A DNA stretch of 64,000 nt from Thermoproteota archaeon (GTDB lineage: Archaea; Korarchaeota; Korarchaeia; Korarchaeales; Korarchaeaceae). The stretch covers positions 288,001 through 352,000 of the forward strand of contig JALSOH010000006.1 of the NCBI GenBank assembly GCA_026986575.1, in the 5' to 3' direction. This document shows, piece by piece, positions 19,597 through 28,866 of this stretch; the first letter of the stretch is position 1, and the number at the start of each line of letters is the position of its first letter. A program made the position numbers and the translations under genes. The notes below the pieces were generated by a model. That model worked only from the letters and a program-made list of their open reading frames with translations, searched no databases and was not told the origin of the DNA.

Positions 19597-21837
19597 TCAG
19601 TAGACGTAGGACTCCTCCCTCCTCTCCTCTGGAGTGGTGGCTGCCCTTAGGGTCTTCTTGACCTCCTCGTAGTACTTGAGCATATCGTCAGTGAGGCTGG
19701 GCTTCACCTTGGTGAGAGCCTGCTCGAAGTGTCTCATCTCCACCCTCTCCACATCGATGTCCTCCCTCAGGGCAGCCATTGCAGCTTCCCTCACAAGAGC
19801 TGCGAGGTCGGCTCCACTGAATCTCTCCGTTGCCAGTGCTATCTTCCAGAGATCCACATCGTCTGAGAGAGGCATCTCCCTCGTCAGGACTTTGAGTATC
19901 TCGAACCTAGTGTTGAGGTCAGGTGGTCCAACGTAGACAAGCCTCTCTAGCCTCCCAGGTCTGAGAACCGCTGGATCCACGAGATCAGGCCTGTTCGTCG
20001 CTCCTATCACGACAACATCCCTCAGCGGCTGTATTCCATCGATTTCAGTGAGCATCTGGCTCACCACCCTCTCCGTCACTCCGGAATCGAAGCTGGTACC
20101 CCTTCTCGGGAAGAGGGAATCTATCTCATCGATGAATATGATGGCCGGAGCCACCTGTCTCGCCTTCCTGAAGATCTGCCTCACGGCCTTCTCGCTCTCT
20201 CCAACCCACTTGCTCAGGAGCTCAGGACCCTTCACGCTTATGAAGTTCGCCTCGCTCTCATTAGCGACGGCCTTAGCCAGCAACGTTTTACCGCAGCCCG
20301 GTGGTCCATAAAGCAGCACTCCCTTGGGCGGCTCAATCCCTAGCCTCCTGAAGGCGTCGGGGTTCTTCAAAGGCAGCTCCACGACCTCCCTGAGCTCCCT
20401 CTTTACCTCCTCCAATCCGCCTATATCGTCCCATGAAATGTCCGGGACCTCTATCGAGATCTCCCTAAGAGCGGAGGGCTGTACCAGCTTCAGAGCCTCC
20501 ATGAAGTCGTCCTTCGTGACCTGAAGTTCCTCCAGAATTTCTATGGGGATTGTCTCGGCGTCCAGATCTATCTTGGGGAGGACCCTCCTCAGGGCAGCCA
20601 TTGCAGCTTCCCTCACAAGGGCCGCGAGGTCGGCGCCCACGAACCCGTGGGTTATGTCAGCCAGCTCGTCCAAGTCCACATCGTCAGCGAGGGGAACGTT
20701 CCTCGTGTGTATCTGCAGTATCTCCTTCCTGCCCTCCCTGTCCGGCACTCCTATCTCTATCTCCCTGTCGAACCTGCCGGGCCTCCTCAGTGCTGGATCG
20801 AGGGCCTCGGGCCTGTTCGTGGCTCCTATAACTATTACCTCTCCCCTTCCCTTCAGGCCGTCCATGAGGGCGAGGAGCTGGGCCACGACACGCCTCTCTA
20901 CCTCTCCGGTGACCTCATTCCTGTTCGGCGCAATGGAGTCAATCTCATCTATGAATATTATCGAGGGGGCGTTCTTCTCAGCCTCCTCGAATATCTCCCT
21001 GAGCCTCTTCTCGCTCTCACCGTAGTACTTGGACATTATCTCGGGGCCTGAGATGCTTATGAAGTGGGCGTTGCTCTCATTAGCGACGGCCTTAGCCAGC
21101 AACGTTTTACCGCAGCCCGGTGGTCCGTAAAGCAGCACTCCCTTGGGCGGCTCAATCCCGAGGTGCCTGAAGAGCTCGGGATGCTTGAGCGGGAGCTCCA
21201 CCATCTCCCTTATCCTCTGTATCTCCTCCTTCAGCCCTCCTATGTCCTCGTATGTTACGGTGGGCACTATTATCTTGGAGAGCTCCACGGGCCTCTCTCT
21301 GACCTCTATGACGGTGTTCGCCCCGACCTTCCCGAAGGTGCCGGGCGTGACGCTGACCACCACTAAGGGGATGAACCTCTGGAATATGGGGATGAGGACG
21401 ATATCGCCCTTGGTAACCACGAAGTCATAGAGCCTCCTCTTTACCCAGTTGTGAAAATCCGGCGCCACCCTTATCATGTGGTCTTGTGGGGCTAATACTA
21501 CCTTGCTGGCCTCTCCAACCTCCACAGGTCTTACTCTGACCTTCTCCCCGGTCCTCACACCCGCGTTCCCCTTGATGATCTTGTCCATCCTGATGTACCT
21601 AGTGCCCACATCCATGCTCACGGACGGCATGACCCTAGCGTGAGTCACTCTAGAACCGTAGATCCTCACGTAATCGCCGCTGGTCAGGTTGAGCTGCTTC
21701 ATCACCTCGGGATCTATTCTCACTATCCCCCTGCCGAAGTCCGCCTGCTTCACCACATCCGCCACTATGAGCGTTACATCCTTTACCTCCTTGTCGTCCC
21801 TCTTATCTCCCTTCTTAGGGGGCTGTTTCCTCCCCAA
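19597..21837 (-). CDS. cdc48: CDC48/VCP-family AAA+ ATPase (paralogue 1)
   Basis: N-domain plus two AAA modules with [13 protein letters not shown] and LRRPGRFD. Confidence 0.95.
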   Translation of the reverse strand: MGRKQPPKKGDKRDDKEVKDVTLIVADVVKQADFGRGIVRIDPEVMKQLNLTSGDYVRIYGSRVTHARVMPSVSMDVGTRYIRMDKIIKGNAGVRTGEKVRVRPVEVGEASKVVLAPQDHMIRVAPDFHNWVKRRLYDFVVTKGDIVLIPIFQRFIPLVVVSVTPGTFGKVGANTVIEVRERPVELSKIIVPTVTYEDIGGLKEEIQRIREMVELPLKHPELFRHLGIEPPKGVLLYGPPGCGKTLLAKAVANESNAHFISISGPEIMSKYYGESEKRLREIFEEAEKNAPSIIFIDEIDSIAPNRNEVTGEVERRVVAQLLALMDGLKGRGEVIVIGATNRPEALDPALRRPGRFDREIEIGVPDREGRKEILQIHTRNVPLADDVDLDELADITHGFVGADLAALVREAAMAALRRVLPKIDLDAETIPIEILEELQVTKDDFMEALKLVQPSALREISIEVPDISWDDIGGLEEVKRELREVVELPLKNPDAFRRLGIEPPKGVLLYGPPGCGKTLLAKAVANESEANFISVKGPELLSKWVGESEKAVRQIFRKARQVAPAIIFIDEIDSLFPRRGTSFDSGVTERVVSQMLTEIDGIQPLRDVVVIGATNRPDLVDPAVLRPGRLERLVYVGPPDLNTRFEILKVLTREMPLSDDVDLWKIALATERFSGADLAALVREAAMAALREDIDVERVEMRHFEQALTKVKPSLTDDMLKYYEEVKKTLRAATTPEERREESYVY
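20254..21159. repeat. 87-bp near-identical direct repeat inside cdc48-1 (D2 vs D1 Walker A regions)
   Basis: 20254-20340 matches 21073-21159 with one mismatch. Confidence 0.9.
20701..21084. repeat. Inverted dispersed repeat shared with cdc48-2 (about 62138-62521)
   Basis: 20701-20799 is the exact reverse complement of 62423-62521; about 20942-21084 matches 62138-62280 with one mismatch. Confidence 0.9.
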
Positions 21838-21943
21838 CGATCACACCTCGAATCCATCTTCCGCGGAAGGGTTTATTAATTTTGCATAAGGGCGGCAGCC
21901 GCCCATGAGAACGGATATATTTAGGTGGTGAGCGCTCACAGGG

Positions 21944-23605
21944 ATGGAACTGAAGGCAGACCTCCTGCTGGATGGTCAGTACTTGAACGTCTACACGGGC
22001 GAACTTCTCGACGGACCCGTGGCCATTCTAGGAGATCGGATCCTCTGCGTCGGGGAGAGGATCGAGGCCAAAAAGGTGGAGAGAGTAGATGGGATAATCA
22101 TTCCTGGATTTAAAGACGGCCATATCCACATAGAGAGCAGCAAACTCCCTCCCGGGGAGTTCGCTCGGCTGGTAGTACCTAGGGGCACCACCTCGGTCTT
22201 CGCGGATCCCCATGAGATAGTGAATGTCGCCGGAAAGGCTGGCTTCAAGTTCATGCTCGAGGAATCTAGCAAGACCCCACTAAGGGTCCACCTGATGGTT
22301 CCCTCATGCGTTCCTGCCTCCCCTCTCGAGGAATCTCCCTTCCAGCTCGACGCTACTGCTGTCGCGGAACTCTTGGACGAGGGAGCCGGGTTAGGGGAAG
22401 TGATGAACTTCCCCGGAGTGATCTCTGGTGAGGAGGATCTTCTCCGTAAGTTGGAAGAGGCGAGGAGGAGGCGGATGCCGATCGACGGGCATGCGCCCCT
22501 CCTCATGGGTGAGGAACTCTGTCTCTACCTCTTCAGGGGCATAGAGTCCGATCACGAGTCTACTACCGAGGAGGAGGTCTTGGATAAGGCCAGAAAGGGC
22601 ATGTATGTAATGGTGAGGGAGGGAACCGCATCCAAGGACATGAGAATAATTAAGGGGCTCCTCAGAGTCCATAAGAGGAGGATCCTACTAGTATCAGATG
22701 ACAGGAGTGCGTCTGACCTTATGAGGGAGGGACATGTGGATCATCTCCTCAGGAGGGCCGTTGAGGAGGGCCTCGACCCCGTCGAAGCGGTTCAGGCTGT
22801 GACGATAAATGTGGCTGAGAGGTTCGGCATAAGAGAGCTGGACGGCATCGCTCCTGGCAGGCTCGCTGACCTGGTAGTGGTGAGAGATCTCAAGAGGTTC
22901 GAGGCCCTCAGGGTCTACATAGGGGGCAAGCTCGTGGCCTCCAACGGTGAACCTCTATTCAGCGCGGTGAGGGTCAGGAGGATAGGTACGATGAAGCTCC
23001 CTCCCCTCTCACCTAGGGACCTCGCCCTGAAGGTCCAGGGAAGGAGGGCTAGGGTTAGGATCATAGAGCTTACGGGCTCTCTCCTCACCGAGGAGGGCGA
23101 GGAGTGGCTCCCCATCGAGGAAGGTATGGTCAGGGCATGTGGAGAGGTCCAGCATTTGGCGGTAGTGGAGAGGCATGGGAAGACGGGGCACATCGGGAGG
23201 GGATTCGTGAGGGGCTTCGGAATGAGTGGAGCGATAGCCTCCACGATCGCACACGATAGCCACAACCTGATAATGGCTGGCAGCGACCTGAAGGACATGG
23301 TCGTGGCGGCCCGCGAGCTGGAGCGTGTCGGGGGCGGTCAGGTGGTTGTCTCGAACGGCAAATCGATCTCCATCCTTCCACTTCCCGTGGGAGGCCTCAT
23401 GTCTGACAGGCCAGCAGAGGAGGTGGCTTCGCTGGAGGAGGAGCTGAATAGGGCATACAGGTCCCTCGGAGGTACTAGGGAGGATCCTTTCATGGAACTC
23501 TCCTTCTTGGCTCTCTCGGTGATCCCAAAGCTAAAGCTGACCCCAAAGGGACTGGTCGATGTAAACAGGCAGGAGATAGTTTCCCCTCTCTTGGAGGTGA
23601 TTTGA
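21944..23605 (+). CDS. ade: Adenine deaminase
   Basis: Motifs DGHIHIESS, DPHEI, EVMNFPGV, DGHAP, DHE, SDD, AHDSHN. Confidence 0.92.
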   Translation: MELKADLLLDGQYLNVYTGELLDGPVAILGDRILCVGERIEAKKVERVDGIIIPGFKDGHIHIESSKLPPGEFARLVVPRGTTSVFADPHEIVNVAGKAGFKFMLEESSKTPLRVHLMVPSCVPASPLEESPFQLDATAVAELLDEGAGLGEVMNFPGVISGEEDLLRKLEEARRRRMPIDGHAPLLMGEELCLYLFRGIESDHESTTEEEVLDKARKGMYVMVREGTASKDMRIIKGLLRVHKRRILLVSDDRSASDLMREGHVDHLLRRAVEEGLDPVEAVQAVTINVAERFGIRELDGIAPGRLADLVVVRDLKRFEALRVYIGGKLVASNGEPLFSAVRVRRIGTMKLPPLSPRDLALKVQGRRARVRIIELTGSLLTEEGEEWLPIEEGMVRACGEVQHLAVVERHGKTGHIGRGFVRGFGMSGAIASTIAHDSHNLIMAGSDLKDMVVAARELERVGGGQVVVSNGKSISILPLPVGGLMSDRPAEEVASLEEELNRAYRSLGGTREDPFMELSFLALSVIPKLKLTPKGLVDVNRQEIVSPLLEVI

Positions 23606-24292
23606 TTGGAGATAGGAGTGGAGGTTCCCCCTTCCTCGAAACCGAGGTTTCTCAGGAGAGTTTCCTCCCTTATAGGGAAGGCGGATTTCATTTCCATACC
23701 TGATTCTCCCTTCGGAAAGCCAGCACCCTCCTCCTTGGCCTTGGCAGTCCTGCTCAGGGGTATAGGGGTGGATGCGGTCCCCAACTACAGGCTGATGGAC
23801 AGGAACGAGCTTGCCCTGCTCTCAGAGATGATGGGTCTAGCTGAGCTGGGTATTGAGAGGGTCCTTTTGGTGGGAGGAGACCCCCCCAGCATAGGCAGGC
23901 CCACGGGCCTCGACGCCGTGAGGGCGATAACCCTCGTTAGGGAGTGGGGGGTGAGGGTGAAGCTGGGTGTGGCCACCTCCCTCAAGCCAAGGGAGAGGCT
24001 CAGAGCTAAGCTGGAAGCAGGGGCAGATTTCGTTGTCACACAGCCAATACAGAGGGTGGAGGACCTCTATCCCATAGCAGACTTCATCGGGGACACGCCT
24101 CTCTACACCATGCTGATGCTCACCTTGGCGGAGATGGAGGAGTCCGTGCTCAGGGCCATGGACATAGAAGAGGTGCTGGATGTGGACTATAAGGTACTCA
24201 TGGACAGGTTGGAGGAATCAGGACTGGTCAAGGGAGTTATAATCAGCTCACCAAGGAACCACTCGAGAATCTTGGAGGTCTTGGGAGGTTAG
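23606..24292 (+). CDS. metF: Methylenetetrahydrofolate reductase-like (MetF) flavoprotein
   Basis: Motifs EVPP, DRN, LLVGGDPP, KLEAGADFVVTQP. Confidence 0.8.
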   Translation: MEIGVEVPPSSKPRFLRRVSSLIGKADFISIPDSPFGKPAPSSLALAVLLRGIGVDAVPNYRLMDRNELALLSEMMGLAELGIERVLLVGGDPPSIGRPTGLDAVRAITLVREWGVRVKLGVATSLKPRERLRAKLEAGADFVVTQPIQRVEDLYPIADFIGDTPLYTMLMLTLAEMEESVLRAMDIEEVLDVDYKVLMDRLEESGLVKGVIISSPRNHSRILEVLGG

Positions 24293-24295
24293 CGC

Positions 24296-25189
24296 ATGCA
24301 TCTGGGAGGCAAGCTGGGGGAGAACCCTCCCCTGATGATAGGATCTGTCTTCTACAGGGGGGACAGAAGGGTTAAAGATCACGAGAGAGGAGTATTCGAC
24401 GAGGAGGCTGAGGAGAGGCTCATAGAATCTGATTTGAGGACGGCACGCCAGCTGAACTTTCCATACGCCTTGGATGTCATTATAACTAGTAAAGGTGCTG
24501 CGGAACCCTACCTTAAGTTCGTCTCACGATTTAATGTACCCATCCTCGTCGACGGGATAGATCCAGAGGTTAGGGCACACGCCTATAGGATTGCAGGCGA
24601 GTTGGGCCTGTCGGATATAGCGATAGCAAATGCCATATACCCGGACAGCACTGAGGAGGAGTTGAACGCCATAAAGACCTCTGGTATCAAGAAGGCTGTT
24701 CTGGTGGCCTTTGATCCGAAAAACGCACTGGAAAGCCTCAAACCCGAGGTGAAGCTATCAATCCTAGAGGAGAAACTCGTACCTAAGGCCGAGGAGGCGG
24801 GAGTAGTGGAGTTCCTAGTGGATGTGGTCGTGCTGGATCCCGCCTCACTGGCCTCTGTGGCCGAGTCCATGAGCTTCCTTAGATCCAAGGGGTACGTGGT
24901 AGGTTGTGCTCCAGCCAACGCTTTAGCCTTCCTAAGCAAGAGGAGATATGGGGATGAGGCCTATACCATGCTGACGGCTGCCCTCTCATACCTTAGGATG
25001 AGAGGCGCCGACTTCATGATCTTCGGACCGGCTGGCAGGTTCAGGGGTGTTGCGAGAGGGCTCGCATTTCTCGAGTCCATGCTGGCCATGGAAGCCCAAG
25101 TGCCGAGGAGTAAACTGAGGGAGCACCCCTTCTCCGTGCTCAGGGAGCTGCAGAGGGTGTTTCAAGAGACATCCAAGGGGGAGGTATGA
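24296..25189 (+). CDS. mtrH: MtrH-family methylpterin:corrinoid methyltransferase
   Basis: Motifs GGKLGENPPLMIGSVFY, FD...AE.LI, GCAPANA, GADFMIFGP. Confidence 0.85.
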   Translation: MHLGGKLGENPPLMIGSVFYRGDRRVKDHERGVFDEEAEERLIESDLRTARQLNFPYALDVIITSKGAAEPYLKFVSRFNVPILVDGIDPEVRAHAYRIAGELGLSDIAIANAIYPDSTEEELNAIKTSGIKKAVLVAFDPKNALESLKPEVKLSILEEKLVPKAEEAGVVEFLVDVVVLDPASLASVAESMSFLRSKGYVVGCAPANALAFLSKRRYGDEAYTMLTAALSYLRMRGADFMIFGPAGRFRGVARGLAFLESMLAMEAQVPRSKLREHPFSVLRELQRVFQETSKGEV

Positions 25190-25209
25190 CACGCGTAAAA
25201 GTTAAATTA

Positions 25210-25226
25210 GTCTAACATTATTAGAC
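25210..25226. promoter_or_regulatory. Palindromic operator candidate
   Basis: GTCTAA-N5-TTAGAC, between a TATA-like element and the GGTGA RBS of the 201-aa gene. Confidence 0.4.
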
Positions 25227-25239
25227 ACGGTGATCATGC

Positions 25240-25845
25240 ATGCCCTTGACCACATTTGAAGAGGAGATATACCTGCGCGCCCTCACCGGTAGGTTGGTCG
25301 GGAAGGCTCTATCCGACCTAGGACTCAACAAGGTCGCCGTAGTGGCCTCCAAGAATATCATATGCTCCAGCATAGCGGCAGCCACCGAAGCCACCTTCCT
25401 GACCCTGAGCGGGGGCGTTACCTATCACTTTATGGTGGAACAAGGGAAGGAGAGGGAGCTAGCCAAGAGGCTGAAGGAGTTTGCCGCCCAGGCAGTACTG
25501 CTCCAGTTCGGAGGAGAGACCCCGTTCGATGAAACGAAGAAGAGTTTCGTCGATCTCCTAAAGGCCATGGCCGAGGAGGATGTGCCCGGTAGCTTGGTCG
25601 TCCATGTGAGGATATTCGCTGCTGGCGGCCTGAAGGAGGCCTTGGAGCACGAGGAAGTGAAGAAGTACCTAGAAACTAAAGAGGTCTTCGTCTACACGGT
25701 TGGATTCGACGAGGGCAAGGTCTACGTGAACAAAGTGACTATTCCTTCCCTCGAGCTGACGAGACTGGCAGAGTATCAGGTGACCCTCGAGCATGCCGAT
25801 CTACTGAACAGGAGCCTCAAAGACAGAAAGGTGACCTTCTCCTGA
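25240..25845 (+). CDS. Hypothetical alpha/beta protein
   Basis: 201 aa with a GGTGA RBS and genome-typical codons; no family recognised. Confidence 0.75.
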   Translation: MPLTTFEEEIYLRALTGRLVGKALSDLGLNKVAVVASKNIICSSIAAATEATFLTLSGGVTYHFMVEQGKERELAKRLKEFAAQAVLLQFGGETPFDETKKSFVDLLKAMAEEDVPGSLVVHVRIFAAGGLKEALEHEEVKKYLETKEVFVYTVGFDEGKVYVNKVTIPSLELTRLAEYQVTLEHADLLNRSLKDRKVTFS

Positions 25846-25909
25846 TAGTTCTGTTCCCTTCATCCCCTTAATCTTTTTTTGATGAGTCAGCGTTAAATTC
25901 AATCCACTT

Positions 25910-26914
25910 CTAGGGCTTCACTATGTAGACGACTAGAAAGAGGCTTCCCGAGAGGAAGTACAGGGCTACATCCCTGTTGAACGGCCAAGAGAGGGTAGCC
26001 AGTAACAGTAAAATTAGGGCCGAGTAGTTGAACCTCTTCGCGTTCCTAATCCCAAGGAGAACGGGGACCATCATTGGGGCATGCGCATATATGTGGAGAC
26101 CTACAAAACCCAATAGGAGGATGTGCAGTAGACCCAACGTGTTCACGGGCATGAACCACGACAAGATCAGCAGGGGAATGAGGAGGAGGTAGCCAGAGAT
26201 GAGGTAGCGGTGAGCCGGCAGGGCCTCCCTCACCCTGACGGACCTCAACCCGCGAAGCGCCAAATCCAGCCTAGCTGCCCCTAAGTAGGAGAGCATGCTC
26301 GTCCACATCAGGTGCCTGCTTGGATCAAATCCACAGAGCACGAGTGCGTGAAGTGCGATCATCGGGATGGCGAGGGGTAAGCTGGCCCGGTATCTGTAGG
26401 TCTTAGGGAGAGCGTGAAGGGTTACCGCGTATATGAGGGGCACCGGGTAAGCCCACTCCACAGCTGTGATCCAAGCTTCCATTCCTTGGTGGCTACTTAG
26501 TACCGTGGAGAGGAGGGAGAGGAAAGAATACAGTTCCAGCAGATAGACCAGGGACTTTTTCCTCGATGGGATGAGGAAGAAGAGACCAGTGAGGGAGACG
26601 AAGGCAATCAGAGCGGTTCCCCATCCCAGCAGCGAGCCGAGCGGAAGGAGAAGCAGCGAGAGGGAGTGAAGAAGGGCTGCTAGAACCGAACCTCGCTTCC
26701 TCGTCACCGAGGTCCAGAACGAGATGTTGACGCCGGCGGCGAACGAGATTACGCCCATCCCCATGAAGTGCATATGGACTTGGTACCACCTCAGCGGGAG
26801 GGAGAGCAACCCTATGCCGATGTAGGTGAAACTACCTACCACGGCTAGGGCGCTCAGCTTCCTCGCCAGCTTGAGGTAGGATAGGGCGTCTAGGTCACCA
26901 GCTATTTGGATCAC
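25910..26914 (-). CDS. His-rich polytopic membrane protein (possibly NnrS-like)
   Basis: Multiple TM segments with intramembrane His (VHMHFMGMG, LHALP, LHILLLGFVGLHIYAH); downstream of fprA. Confidence 0.6.
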   Translation of the reverse strand: MIQIAGDLDALSYLKLARKLSALAVVGSFTYIGIGLLSLPLRWYQVHMHFMGMGVISFAAGVNISFWTSVTRKRGSVLAALLHSLSLLLLPLGSLLGWGTALIAFVSLTGLFFLIPSRKKSLVYLLELYSFLSLLSTVLSSHQGMEAWITAVEWAYPVPLIYAVTLHALPKTYRYRASLPLAIPMIALHALVLCGFDPSRHLMWTSMLSYLGAARLDLALRGLRSVRVREALPAHRYLISGYLLLIPLLILSWFMPVNTLGLLHILLLGFVGLHIYAHAPMMVPVLLGIRNAKRFNYSALILLLLATLSWPFNRDVALYFLSGSLFLVVYIVKP

Positions 26915-26923
26915 CTATAGCGC

Positions 26924-28117
26924 TCACAGGAGCTTCAAAGCCTCCTCTCCAAGCCTCCTACCCAGCTCCCTGGCCCTGTTTAGATCGCTCTCCTTGGGTT
27001 TACCCTTGAACGCCAGCTCATCCACCACGGGTATGCTTAGAGCCTCTAGTTCCTTCTTGACGGCCCTAGTACCGCCTCCTCCCCACCCGAAGGACCCGAG
27101 CACCGCCGCCACTTTGTTCTTGGGCCTGTACTCCCTGAGGAGGTCCAAGTAAAAGGTGATGCCTGGGAAGGGATGGCCGTTGTGCGTAGAGGTAGCCACG
27201 AGTATCGCGGCAGCCTCTAGGGTGTGGGCGAGCAGGTCGTCTGGATCGGTCTCCGCGCTGTCCACCAAAGCTACCTCGAGGCCGGTATCCCTCAATCCCT
27301 CAGCTGCCGCCTCGGCCGCCCTTGCTGTATTCTCGTACTGGCTTCCCACCACTACCAGAGCCCTCTTGAGCGGCTTCCAGGAGGTCCACCTCTCGTATAT
27401 GCTCAGCAGCTCCTTAATTTCCCTGTGGAGAGCCCCGTGGGATGGGGCTATTATCTTAGGATTCAGCTCTCTAACCTTAGCAACAGCCTTCGCTGCCATG
27501 GCGTGGTAGGGCATAAGTATGGAGGCATAGTAATCCAGTAACTCGAAGGAGTCGGGCGCTTCATCGTAGAAGACCTTATCGCTAGCACCGTGAGAACCGA
27601 ACAGGTCGCATGTGAACAGGATGGAGTCCTCCACTAGGTAGGTGAGCATTGTATCGGGCCAGTGGACCATGGGAGACAGGACGAAGCGCAGGGTCTTGTT
27701 CCCCAAGCTAATCTCATCCCCATCCCTCACCTCCCTTGCCCTGTCCATGGGGAAGTCGGCGAGCGCCTCACCTATGCTGAGGGCCTGCTTAGTTCCTAGG
27801 AGAACCGCCTCCTTCGCTCTCCTCATGACCTCTGCTAGAGTACCGGAGTGGTCCGGCTCTGTGTGCTGAGTGATCACATACCTTAGATCCTCGACCCTGA
27901 CCACGCTCTCAAGGGCCTCGAAAAACTCCTTAGAGAACCTGAAGTCGGCTCCGTCTATGAGGGCAGTCCCCTCACTCCCCTCCACCACATAGAAATTGTA
28001 TGATGTTCCGTTGGGGATGGGCCAGAAGTTCTCGAACCTTGGAAGTTTCGTGTTCAGGATCCTGACGAGGGTAACCCCCTCCGCTATCTCCTTCTTGAAC
28101 CAGCTCATGGGACTCAC
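26924..28117 (-). CDS. fprA: Flavodiiron protein (FprA type A flavoprotein)
   Basis: Motifs GTSYN, HTEPDHSG, HWPD, CDLFGSH, PSHG; C-terminal flavodoxin domain (GSFGWGG). Confidence 0.92.
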   Translation of the reverse strand: MSPMSWFKKEIAEGVTLVRILNTKLPRFENFWPIPNGTSYNFYVVEGSEGTALIDGADFRFSKEFFEALESVVRVEDLRYVITQHTEPDHSGTLAEVMRRAKEAVLLGTKQALSIGEALADFPMDRAREVRDGDEISLGNKTLRFVLSPMVHWPDTMLTYLVEDSILFTCDLFGSHGASDKVFYDEAPDSFELLDYYASILMPYHAMAAKAVAKVRELNPKIIAPSHGALHREIKELLSIYERWTSWKPLKRALVVVGSQYENTARAAEAAAEGLRDTGLEVALVDSAETDPDDLLAHTLEAAAILVATSTHNGHPFPGITFYLDLLREYRPKNKVAAVLGSFGWGGGGTRAVKKELEALSIPVVDELAFKGKPKESDLNRARELGRRLGEEALKLL

Positions 28118-28167
28118 GCGCCTTGAGGCGGAGAATTCATAAAAATGTTGGTCGCATAAGGGCCAGT

Positions 28168-28866
28168 ATGTTCATAAAAGACAAGCTTGGCTCAGGTAGG
28201 TTCCTCGAGAGGCCCAATCGTTTCTTAGCAGTCTTAGACACGCTAGAGGGGAGGAGAAGATGCCATGTAAGGGATCCAGGAAGACTCACCGAATTGTTCG
28301 TGTGGGGTGCTCCGGTCGTCTTCCTAGAGAGATCTAATCCGGGGAGAAAAACCGATTGCGAGGTCCTCCTAGTGTGGGACGGCAGGGTGTGGACAGTCGT
28401 CAATTCCGGCCTTCATTCGGAGCTAGCTACCGAACTGCTAGCTTCGGGATTTCTACCGGAGCTCCAAGGCTTCGCCTCTGTGAGGAGGGAAGTGAATTAC
28501 GGGGATAGCAGGGTGGATTTCATGCTGGAATATCCGGGGAGGGTCCTCTATCTCGAGGTGAAGGGGTGCACGCTAGTCAGGGACGGCATGGCCCTGTTCC
28601 CGGATGCCCCCACCGAGAGAGGGAGGAGGCACGTGCTGAACCTGATCCGAGCTGTCGATGAGGGACATAGCGCGGCCGTTCTCTTCCTCGTGATGCGGCC
28701 GGACGCTGAATTTCTCATCCCAAACGCTAGGACCGATCCCAAGTTCGCTGAAGCCCTCAGAGAGGCCGAAAATAGGGGAGTGAGGATGCTCGCCGTCACC
28801 TTCCGTTACTTCGCTAGGAGAATCGAGCCCCTCGCCCGTATACCCGTGATTACCTCTCCTCAGTAA
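28168..28866 (+). CDS. sfsA: Sugar fermentation stimulation protein SfsA
   Basis: Motifs RPNRF, GRLTEL, SRVDF, EVKGCTL, FPDAPTERGRRH. Confidence 0.92.
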   Translation: MFIKDKLGSGRFLERPNRFLAVLDTLEGRRRCHVRDPGRLTELFVWGAPVVFLERSNPGRKTDCEVLLVWDGRVWTVVNSGLHSELATELLASGFLPELQGFASVRREVNYGDSRVDFMLEYPGRVLYLEVKGCTLVRDGMALFPDAPTERGRRHVLNLIRAVDEGHSAAVLFLVMRPDAEFLIPNARTDPKFAEALREAENRGVRMLAVTFRYFARRIEPLARIPVITSPQ

